Below, piece after piece: positions 23,701 to 31,962 of a DNA stretch of 64,000 nt. Source of the DNA: Macrostomum lignano (taxonomy: Eukaryota). The stretch is taken from positions 1 through 64,000 of the forward strand of contig NIVC01000222.1 of assembly GCA_002269645.1 (NCBI GenBank). The letters run 5' to 3'. Made by a program: the position numbers and the translations under genes. The notes below the pieces were generated by a model that saw nothing but the letters and a program-made list of their open reading frames with translations, ran no database searches and was not told the origin of the DNA. How positions within the stretch are numbered: position 1 is the first letter of the stretch; every line of letters starts with the position of its first letter.

Positions 23701-24810
23701 AAATACGTGGAATCTTTTGTTAAGGCTCTTCCTGAGCTGCGTGCCACGGGTTGTCACAAAGAATCCATTACCTCCGAAGCTGGTATTCGCTGCTGTAATA
23801 GCAACAAATTTGGATTTTGCGAAGCGGCTTTAGAGGTCCCTGTTCGGGATAGTTATGTTTCTGTCCGAGCTATCACTGAAGAAGCCATTGTTAAGGCTAA
23901 CTATAGAGTGCTCTCAAAGAACAGCGGATCGTTATGGTTGTTCGAAACCGGAAGTGCTAGCGTAAGAAAGCAGGATCAGGTTTTGATAAGATCTGCTGGA
24001 AGCCACTGGGAGAGTTTTGCCGCTAAGGAAATTTGCAGCACCCATGCCTGCATCGAGGAGTCCAAGGAGTTTCGCGCCGCCATACTGAAATTCGACGCCT
24101 CAATTGTCCCAAATGAGTCGGCTTCGTTCGTTTCGAGTAGCGGCTGTTGCTACGAGGTGCAGTTAAACAGTATTTTAGTGTCAGTTAAGCCGGAGACTGT
24201 GTCAGCGCCGCACGCCCGTCTAGAAGCCAGCGTAACAAGACGCGAACGAAGCGCATTGGGATCGACTGACTCCGTCAGCAGTGCCCGGGCACAGCTGGGT
24301 GTAACAAGGCGCAAAGGAACTGAATTGGAATCGACCGACTCCGTCAGCAGTGCCCGGGCACAGCTGGGTGTAACAAGGCATGAACGAACGGCATTGGGAC
24401 CGACTGATTCCGTCAGCAGTGCTCGCACCCAGCTGGATGTAACAAGGCGCGAAGGAACTGCATTGGGATCGACCGACTCCGTCAGCAGTGCCCGGGCCCA
24501 GCTGGGTGTAACAAGGCGCGAAGGAACTGCATTGGAATTGACCGACTCCGTCAGCAGTGCCCGGGCCCGGCTGGGTGTAACAAGGCGCGAAGGAACTGCA
24601 TTGGAATCGACCGACTCCGTCAGCAGTGCCCGGGCCCAGCTGGGTGTAACAAGGCATGAACGAACCGCATTGGGATCGAACGACTCCGTCAGCAGTGCTC
24701 GGACCCAGCTGGGTGTGCCAATTACTGCCAGGTTGACCTGGAGCCGAACTCCGCGTGGTTCACAGCTGGATTTGCGCAGCGACGATGGTGTTTTCGAAGG
24801 ATTTGACTAA
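5346..24810 (+). CDS. Paralog 1: partial plakin domain (spectrin repeat/SH3) plus giant tandem-repeat tail, ~4250 aa; first coding exon not identified
   Basis: Phase-consistent GT-AG exons: 5346-5758, 6931-7155, 7867-8013, 8514-8668, 9342-9450, 9527-9671, 12472-12655, 13344-13458, 13530-24810. TWEWVTRLAELTQLHLKNSADYHSFY, SHRIVPVYRR and WKVRKTDGTVMEVPSICIWLPPP match the plectin/desmoplakin motifs QWSW..L...E.HLK.N..Y..FF, KSK.IV.L..R and WKV....G.E..VPSVCF..PPP. Confidence 0.8.
5815..6860. repeat. 47-bp intronic minisatellite, ~22 copies
   Basis: Unit GAGCAGCTTTGAGTACATCTCTTCTTTCACTTTGCCCTTGGGGATTT. Confidence 0.95.
6931..7155 (+). CDS. Paralog 1 exon (plakin spectrin repeat)
   Basis: TTCAACAG acceptor, AGT|GTGAGT donor; 225 bp, same length as the paralog 2 exon at 32416-32640. 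Confidence 0.85.
7270..7782. repeat. 15-bp intronic minisatellite (GGGGCTTTAGCACCA)n
   Basis: Direct tandem; the same unit recurs at 43820-44200. Confidence 0.95.
7867..8013 (+). CDS. Paralog 1 exon (spectrin repeat end / SH3 start)
   Basis: TTTTGCAG acceptor, GAG|GTGAGA donor; DNFSNFLMLWQRADQLVSRSHRIVPVYRR; 147 bp as in paralog 2. Confidence 0.85.
8022..8300. repeat. 20-bp intronic minisatellite (TTTAGTAGTGTCGGAGAGTG)n
   Basis: Direct tandem periodicity. Confidence 0.9.
8514..8668 (+). CDS. Paralog 1 exon (plakin SH3 domain)
   Basis: TCCTACAG acceptor, GT|GTAAGT donor; LDNTKPLTWKVRKTDGTVMEVPSICIWLPPPD. Confidence 0.88.
8741..9010. repeat. 42-bp intronic minisatellite, ~6 copies
   Basis: Unit CTAAGATTCTGTAGGATGAGATGCTCTGTTGCGGGCTTGTTC. 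Confidence 0.92.
9342..9450 (+). CDS. Paralog 1 exon (post-SH3 helix)
   Basis: ATTTCAG acceptor, GTG|GTAAGT donor; IRKKLLNAWAALLSKSRAWL is homologous to paralog 2 IQRKLRNTWASLLTEVQQWL. Confidence 0.8.
9527..9671 (+). CDS. Paralog 1 exon
   Basis: ATTTCAG acceptor, G|GTGAGC donor; phase fits neighbours; homologous to 43485-43635. Confidence 0.75.
9762..12292. repeat. 19-bp intronic minisatellite (TGCCATTTCTGATGGTGAA)n, ~130 copies, grading into a 30-bp derivative
   Basis: Direct tandem; the MAFTIRNGIHHQKWHSPSE ORFs are its 3x19-bp artefact; GAATCAGATCT inserts appear after ~11700. Confidence 0.97.
12472..12655 (+). CDS. Paralog 1 exon (coiled-coil-like)
   Basis: GAATCAG acceptor, AA|GTAAGC donor; SLLQKLMDHLKHWKHLREQVDF vs paralog 2 SLLEKLLEHMRNWKCLNEQLEF; both 184 bp. 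Confidence 0.8.
12822..13296. repeat. 10-bp intronic repeat (AGTTCTCAGT)n
   Basis: Direct tandem periodicity. Confidence 0.95.
13344..13458 (+). CDS. Paralog 1 exon
   Basis: CTTACAG acceptor, CTG|GTACGT donor; IEELQARIDEW vs paralog 2 MEDLQTRMQDW. Confidence 0.78.
13530..24810 (+). CDS. Paralog 1 giant terminal exon (~11.3 kb, ~3760 codons) with two single-G deletions
   Basis: The TTTTATAG acceptor at 13529 is in frame with ORF 13605. ORFs 13605-17024, 17021-18259 and 18256-24810 join at GACGGGGCATG versus consensus GACGGGGGCATG. Confidence 0.8.
14690..23545 (+). repeat. Coding tandem array of 171-bp (57-aa, unit A) and 138-bp (46-aa, unit B) repeats, ~37 A + ~18 B
   Basis: A = MRYKDEPKLEACASSLEFSFEHGSARAASVVKEASVQVNQPVGAMGAFDEVLTADGG; B = MRYKDEPKLEACASSLELEYEAAGIQVKQAVSEMGSCEQILTADGG; counted from the ORF track. 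Confidence 0.95.
24229..24717 (+). repeat. 69-bp (23-aa) coding repeat, ~7 copies
   Basis: VTRREGTALESTDSVSSARAQLG units near the C-terminus. Confidence 0.9.
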
Positions 24811-24987
24811 TTCGATATGATCAATCATTTGCGAACATTGTATTATATTTTTGTAGCTTTATTCAGCACTTGGATCGAATATCTGGTAACCCGATAATCT
24901 TAAACGCTTATCTGTCTGCACTAATATTTCTTTTCTGCCGCAGTGCTGCTAGAGATGAAACAGTTAGGTTAAAATTGATTATTTTAA

Positions 24988-25262
24988 GCCCGGACAAGTG
25001 ACAAGCCCGGACAAGTGACAAGCCCTGACAAGTGACAAGCCCTGACAACTGACAAGCCCTGACAAGTGACAAGCCCTGACAAGTGACAAGCCCTGACAAG
25101 TGACAAGCCCTGACAAGTGACAAGCCCTGACAAGTGACAAGCCCTGACAAGTGACAAGCCCTGACAAGTGACAAGCCCTGACAAGTGACAAGCCCTGACA
25201 AATGACAAGCCTTGACAAATGACAAGCCCTGACAAATGACAAGCCCTCACAAGTGACAAGCT
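24988..25262. repeat. 17-bp minisatellite (GACAAGCCCTGACAAGT)n
   Basis: Direct tandem periodicity. Confidence 0.93.
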
Positions 25263-25805
25263 TTTACCAAAAAGTTAAATGACAAAATCGTTAATTGAAT
25301 AAAGTATTCCCGAAATTGATAAAAACTGTAGAATCTATGAAACAGGGCCTGCGACAATATCAGTGGCCAACGAAGAAGTAAACAGAATTGTATTTTTAGC
25401 AGCTGCACTGTTTTTATTTTGAATATTGACTAGATAAAAATGTTGGCTACCCGACCAAAAGTTTTTAACCTGCTAATCTATAGAGTGATTTTGATTATAA
25501 ATGATTAAGTCTAACATTCACCTTAGTGTGCCCTGATATTTTTCACCCATCTACTTATAACAAAAGCTTATTAGTGCTTTTTCTAATAACATATTTCTCT
25601 CTTCAGCTTTTTCGTATTTAGTTACCTGATAGCAAATTTATCAAAGTTATGCTTTTGGCGCCAGAATCTAGAATGCCAGCTTAACCTGTATGACTTCATT
25701 TTTAGTAAATATAAGGCCCCATTGAGCCAATTAACCGACATGAAGTTCTTAAATTGAAAATTTTTGGAATTTTACTCTTTTTAACTCATATCCCTTTGCT
25801 CCCTT

Positions 25806-26075
25806 AGCATTGAATCTGCCTCTTTGATCCTTGAATGTGCCTTCAGTATCCTTGAATCTGCCTCCAGTATCCTTGAATCTGCCTTCAGTATCCTTGAATC
25901 TTCCTTCAGTATCCTTGAATCTGCCTCCAGTATCCTTGAATCTGCCTTCAGTATCCTTGAATCTGCCTCCAGTATCCTTGAATCTGCCTTCAGTATCCTT
26001 GAATCTGCCTTCAGTATCCTTGAATCTGCCTTCAGTATCCTTTAATCTGCCTCCGGTATCCTTGAATTTGCCTCA
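25806..26075. repeat. 21-bp minisatellite (CAGTATCCTTGAATCTGCCTT)n
   Basis: Direct tandem periodicity. Confidence 0.93.
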
Positions 26076-26281
26076 GAGTGGATGACGATAGTCTCTCCTC
26101 TCGTACCCTTAGCATTCAGTTTTGCGGCGCAGGAGCTGATAGCAAGGACTTCGTTCTGGAAGACCGTGGAGAGTCTGCCAGTGTTCTGGGCATGCGTGGC
26201 AATGACGCGGCCGTTGATGATGATGCAGACCTCGAAGCCGGCGTAGCCGTCTTTGATGGATCCGTCCGTGTAACAATGAAC
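26066..26281 (-). pseudogene. Degenerate RNase H domain fragment, likely from a non-LTR retrotransposon
   Basis: A minus frame absent from the ORF track reads VHCYTDGSIKDGYAGFEVCIIINGRVIATHAQNTGRLSTVFQNEVLAISSCAAKLNAKGTRGETIVIHSEAN, matching RNase H YTDGS...TVFQAE..AI...I.I.SDS. Confidence 0.75.
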
Positions 26282-26411
26282 CTACTGGAGATTCCAGGTA
26301 CAACCCCTGACACCTCCGGACACCTCCGGAATCGTCATGCATTTGACATGTATCTTACATACATGTAAATCTGAAATACAGTATGTATCTCCTCAGTCCT
26401 CAGTCCTTATA

Positions 26412-27326
26412 CGAGGTGTATTCAAAAGCAAATGTCAGTGACCTTATATTTCAGCTTCCTGAGCAGGTACGCAATTCTATTTTCACACTTTTTCAACATA
26501 GTCTCCCTCGAGTTCGATGCACTTTTCGCAGGGATCTATCCACTTCCTGAAGGCCAGGGCAAAGGCTTCTGCTGGGAGACCTCGCATAACCCGTTCCAAC
26601 TCGTTACTGACTGAGTTGTCAGCAAGCTGGATGACAGATAACTCTTGTTTTGCTTTACGAAAGAGCCAGAAGTATCCGGGAGCCAAATCTGGCAAGTACA
26701 GCAGATGAGGAAGTAAATGGATCAAGTATCTCTCCAGAAAATTCCTCACGCTTTCTGTTGAACGGACCTAATCATCGACGGACATTATCCCTATGGAAAA
26801 CCGTTACTGCTCTGCCAGGTCAAAATCTTTGAGGAGGATCAAATAGCTGACAGGTCCAACGAGAAGCTGAATTCGGCTGCCAATTCCTCAATTTTCACAC
26901 GACGGCTCGACTCCACTGCTGTCTGAACAGGAGTGATTGTCTGACCGAGCGTTTGGTCTTCTTCGGGTTGAACTTCCGCTGGCCTTTGGTGCCAACTCCC
27001 TCTTTCACCTGTCAAATTAGGCGGCAGATCTGTCTCTCCGACTTTGTGGGCTTTGTACAGGGCCTCCTTGATTTCCTTCATTGCATAACCTGCTTTGGCC
27101 ATGTCACACACAAATGCATCAGCTCTATTCATGGTCAAGCTGGAACGCAGAACGATAGAAGAGGACGAAACTTGAACGGCTGCTTGCGCTGAAACGTGTC
27201 AGTGATTTTTACTGATTTTTACTCATTATAGTCATAACATGCTGCTATACAAAGTGGTAAAAAATCAAGTCAAAGTGGCTAGTCAAAGCTGAGATATGAG
27301 GTCACTGACATTTTAAATAAACCTCG
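26412..27326 (-). mobile_element. Internally deleted, non-autonomous mariner (Tc1/mariner) transposon
   Basis: Imperfect TIRs CGAGGTGTATTCAAAAGCAAATGTCAGTGACCTTATATTTCAGCTT / reverse complement of AAGCTGAGATATGAGGTCACTGACATTTTAAATAAACCTCG; TA on both flanks. The transposase relic LPHLLYLPDLAPGYFWLF...KCIELEGDYVEK matches the mariner PHPPYSPDLAP.D...KC....GDYVEK. Confidence 0.88.
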
Positions 27327-28632
27327 TACTAGTTCAGATTTTTTGTCCTTCGCTTGAGCCTTGGTCCTGCCGCAGGTCCGCAGAAAGCCGCACCGATCAA
27401 GCCAGGCGCTCACTGATTGGCCCAGCCGAAGGGGTGTCGACTTGGGTTAGGTTCGAATCTGAAGGCTCAAGCCCCGTGGGGGGGGAGTTGACATTAGCAG
27501 ACCCGGGCTTCTCTTAATTATCAAACCGCGCGTGGTCTAAGCTATAGAAATCAATATTGATTATCCGTAATTATCAATTACATACGTTACTCATCGACTA
27601 GAATTTGACCAAAGTAATAGTAAAACAAAATAAATCTAGTAATTGCAAACTGAGCACACAAACAAACTACTTTGAATGAGTTGTATTCTCTAGCTAAGGC
27701 TAGCTAAATTTACATTAAACCCCTACGATGGTCTTTGTCGGGATGTATTTTTACCATAGACATAAAATATTTTTTAAAGCCCAATATGCATGAAAAAGTA
27801 AATACGAGTTTGAAGGCGACGCAAAGTCAACGAATATCTAGTTTGTTCCAGTCTCACTTTAAGGGAGACATGATGTAGCGTACTTAAAATCAATTGTTAA
27901 TAATGGCAGAGTAGTTATTGACAACCACCGCGGTCGTCGGCTTAGTCTTTTTTCCGCCTCGCGTAGCATTTTGGAGCCCAGAACAGCCGATGGGTTGGCG
28001 ATTTGAACGTCCGAGGTCCGACTCCAACCAGACTCCGATGGCCTGTCCGTTCCATCATTTGCTGTTCTTCTACACTGCAGATTTATTGATTGATGCGTCC
28101 TTCTTTTGACATTTTGTATTAGGCAAATCAAATCAAACTGTGTTTAAGCTGAGGAGCTTAGGTTAGGATCGAGGTAATGAATCGAGTAGTGATGAATCCT
28201 TGATAAAGCTGATCTATGGTGAAGAATGTGGGGCTTCCCACACCTCCAATATTTTCTATTCTAAATTCTTTATGTCTATGATAGATTTTCCGGTTTGTAG
28301 GTACTTTTAATTGTAGGTATGTACCTAAAATGTACTTCTATAGTATGAAATTTTTTCGGTTTGAGTTGATTGTCAGTTTATGTCTAGAATACTAAAAAAA
28401 TGGCAACCACTAGGCCACTGCGAAAAAGCAAATGCTACAGACTTTGTTCTCTTTTAACACCCTCAAACCCGCTGGCTGCTCTGCAGCCATCTGCCATACG
28501 CGGAATACCCACCGCCACAGCTGTCTGTGGCCAGGACCAGCGGCACCCTGCAACTCACTTTGAGAAAACCCACTGTGGCTGCAGAGCAGCCATCAAAGAA
28601 ATAGCACTCATTTTTATACAGCGCATCTAGTG

Positions 28633-29392
28633 AATCTATGGCTGCTCTGCTGCCAGTGGGTTTTCAAAGAGTGAATGCTGTGGTTGCTTTGGGCGGACCC
28701 AGATGTCTATGGCTGCTCTGCTGCCAGTGGGTTTTCAAAGAGTGAATGCTGTGGCTGCTTTGGGCGGACCCAGATGTCTATGGCTGCTCTGCTGCCAGTG
28801 GGTTTTCAAAGAGTGAATGCTGTGGCTGCTTTGGGCGGACCCAGATGTCTATGGCTGCTCTGCTGCCAGTGGGTTTTCAAAGAGTGAATGCTGTGGCTGC
28901 TTTGGGCGGACCCAGATGTCTATGGCTGCTCTGCTGCCAGTGGGTTTTCAAAGAGTGAATGCTGTGGCTGCTTTGGGCGGACCCAGATGTCTATGGCTGC
29001 TCTGCTGCCAGTGGGTTTTCAAAGAGTGAATGCTGTGGCTGCTTTGGGCGGACCCAGATGTCTATGGCTGCTCTGCTGCCAGTGGGTTTTCAAAGAGTGA
29101 ATGCTGTGGCTGCTTTGGGCGGACCCAGATGTCTATGGCTGCTCTGCTGCCAGTGGGTTTTCAAAGAGTGAATGCTGTGGCTGCTTTGGGCGGACCCAGA
29201 TGTCTATGGCTGCTCTGCTGCCAGTGGGTTTTCAAAGAGTGAATGCTGTGGCTGCTTTGGGCGGACCCAGATGTCTATGGCTGCTCTGCTGCCAGTGGGT
29301 TTTCAAAGAGTGAATGCTGTGGCTGCTTTGGGCGGACCCAGATGTCTATGGCTGCTCTGCAGCCAACCGGTTTTCTCAGAGTGAGTGCACAG
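28633..29392. repeat. 71-bp tandem array, ~10.5 near-identical copies
   Basis: Identical 70-aa shadow ORFs every 71 bp (28675, 28746, ...). Confidence 0.95.
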
Positions 29393-29473
29393 GCTTGAGG
29401 GGGCAGAAATGGTTTTAAATAAAACTTTTACAATTCAATAAAAATGCTGAAAAATAAAGATTCTACGAATCTA

Positions 29474-29770
29474 GGGGTTGTAGTTTAGTGGTTAGAGCGT
29501 CGGAATCACGACTGGAAAGTCGGGGGTTCGATTCATGACCCACTCGGAACAATTTGTGTCCTTCACCTTGAGCAAGACACTTGACTGTGCAATGCTTCAG
29601 TTCACCCAGCTGTAAAATGGGTGCCAGCATTAACTGGGGTAATTGAGGGTGTGTGGCGACCCCCCCCCCCCCCCAGTCCTTGGACTGAACAGCCGTACGC
29701 AGCCTTCAGATGCGCCGCGCAATAGCTGCGGCTGAGCTGTCGGTTGCACATCTGGCCATTAATCAATTAA
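29474..29770 (+). mobile_element. tRNA-headed SINE with CORE/Meta-like central domain
   Basis: A box TAGTTTAGTGG and B box GGTTCGATTC, then CCTTGAGCAAGACACTT...CAGTTCACCCAGCTGTAAAATGGGT, which resembles the conserved CORE/Meta SINE domains. The 3' end is approximate. Confidence 0.65.
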
Positions 29771-30516
29771 TCTAATTTTATTATATTATAAAAATTCTAA
29801 AAATACGCTGGTACCGCAATGAAAAGAATGTTCTACTCCGGACGGAACGATCCCGACATTAAAGCCATGAAATTTCGGGATCCCGACGGATACCAAATCC
29901 CTAAAAAATTAATTCCCTAAATAATCCCAAGTTTGGAATGCCTAAGTATGGCATCCTTTTACTTCAGTTCTCCTATGTTTCCCTTGTCTGGTTAACTTTT
30001 TATAGCTCACATCTTTATAATCCAGCAGTGGCTGCAAACCAGAGTAAATAATGTCTGTCTACAGGAGCTAAAGTGAAGTGTAGAATTGCACTCATCAACC
30101 TGCAAGCTTTAGGAGCTTTTGCTTGGATTTAAACCATGCAGCCAAATACCTTTGACCGATTGGTCAGTGCTCACTCTTGCCGTTTTTTTCTGCCAAAATG
30201 CTCAAAGTTTTTTCTTCTGCAATTTTCTTTGCCTTTCTACGCCCGTCTTGCAGCAGTTCTGATGACCCGCTCCTACCCAAAGGAAACTTTTATTCTCTCT
30301 CTATCTGTCTCTCTGTCTGTCTCCATCTCACCTGATCCAGCAAGTTGCCCGCGGCATTTTGCTGAGAGCACGTTTCGCCGTGAAGTTTGTGCACCTCTAT
30401 TGATGTAGACAGCTCTGGGCTTCAATAGCGTATTTACTCATAGGCAGACAGGAGACTCCGTGGACCAGTGAATACAATAGAGATTTACATGTAGAATTTT
30501 ATGGATCGTTTAAGTT

Positions 30517-30521
<5 letters not shown>

Positions 30522-30574
<53 letters not shown>
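30522..30574. repeat. (CT)n microsatellite
   Basis: Direct observation. Confidence 0.95.
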
Positions 30575-30879
30575 GGAGTGTGTAGTTGAGCTCAGAGTCT
30601 CAGGCGGACAGACAGAATAAAATTGAGAAGCTGTTCAGAGTCTGTCAAGCATAAAAGCAGCCTTACCAAGCCCCGAATACAAGGCAAGGCATTAACTTCA
30701 ATACTAAAAACTCTGCTAACAGTTTCAAACCCTGCAAGCATTCAATTGCAAAACAGTTTCAAAAAGGTTCAATTTCTTTTAATTTTTTGTGAGGTAAGTT
30801 TTCAAGTTATTCCTTACTGAAACGATTTGAAGTTTTGAATTCAGATTATTTACATGCTACACATTGTATATTTAATTAG

Positions 30880-31410
30880 CGCATTATCACATCCCCAGAA
30901 TGAACTCCCCAGCGCATTGTCACATCGCCAGAATGGATACCCCAGAGCATTGTCACATCGCCAGAATGAATCCCCCAGAGCATTGTAACATCGCCAGAAT
31001 GGATCCCCCAGAGCATTGTCACATCGCCAGAATGGATCCCCCAGAGCATTGTCACATCCCCAGAATAAACGCCCAGGGAATCGTCACATCCCCAGAATAA
31101 ACGCCCAGGGAATCGTCACATCCCCAGAATAAACGCCCAGGGCATTGTCACATCCCCAGAATGGATCCCCCAGAGCATTGTCACATCCCCAGAATAAACG
31201 CCCAGAGCATTGTCACATCCCCAGAATGAACCCCCCAGAGCATTGTCACATCCCCAGAATAAACGCCCAGAGCATTGTCACATCCCCAGAATAAACGCCC
31301 AGGGAATCGTCACATCCCCAGAATGAACCCCCAGGGCATTGTCACACTCCAGAATGAACCACAGTGCATGTCGAGCTCCAGAATGAACCCCCCAGCGCAT
31401 TCCACGCCAC
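30880..31410. repeat. 33-bp minisatellite, ~15 copies
   Basis: Unit CATTGTCACATCCCCAGAATGAACCCCCCAGAG and variants. Confidence 0.9.
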
Positions 31411-31557
31411 AGAAAGAACACTTATCAAATAGTCCCAGAAGGCAGCCAACAAAGATAGACACGCGTGTTTATCTACCAAAAGCTGTCAATCTTGTATCTG
31501 AAACGTGAATCAAGAACGCCTCACCGCCTCCATCGCTTTTCCAGCCATTGTCAAACG

Positions 31558-31962
31558 ATGGCTTCGCTGGAGACGCCAGACAACCCCGATGTAATCGAGG
31601 CGGCGCAAGCCTGGCTGACGGCCAACGCTGACGTGATCGCCTCGCCGCGACTGGGCTGCAGCCAGCAAGCCCTGCTGCACCAGAGCCGAACGCAGGAGTC
31701 GCTCCTTGCCAAGATTGCCAGCCTAGAAGAGCAGCTGGCGATCGCTTCATCGTCCGAAGCGCAGAAGCTACTTTTGGAAGATTCGTCCTGCGCGCAGCAG
31801 CTGCAGCAGGCTCGCGGCCAAGTGTCAATCAACAAGGACGCTATCGCCTACCTGAGACAGATCTCCAGCCTTGAAAGCAACCTAGCCGAGTGCTGCCGCC
31901 AAGTGGAGGGCCAAGCCATCGCTCTGTCCCAGCGTGACAACACGGAACTATTGGAGAAAAAG
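31558..31962 (+). CDS. Paralog 2 first coding exon
   Basis: TTTTCCAG acceptor at 31544, ATG GCT at 31558, AAG|GTGCGA donor; AWLTANADVIASPRLGCSQQAL. Confidence 0.75.

Noticed and set aside
27340-27540. Second SINE or Pol III gene (GGTTCGAATC B-box)
   Set aside because: Isolated B-box with no clear A-box or boundaries.
28633-29392. CRISPR-like or Cys-rich peptide array
   Set aside because: The units are contiguous and identical with no unique spacers, the context is eukaryotic, and the 71-bp period is not a multiple of three.
29474-29550. tRNA gene
   Set aside because: A/B boxes are present, but I see no convincing acceptor stem or poly-T terminator, and it continues into a SINE body.
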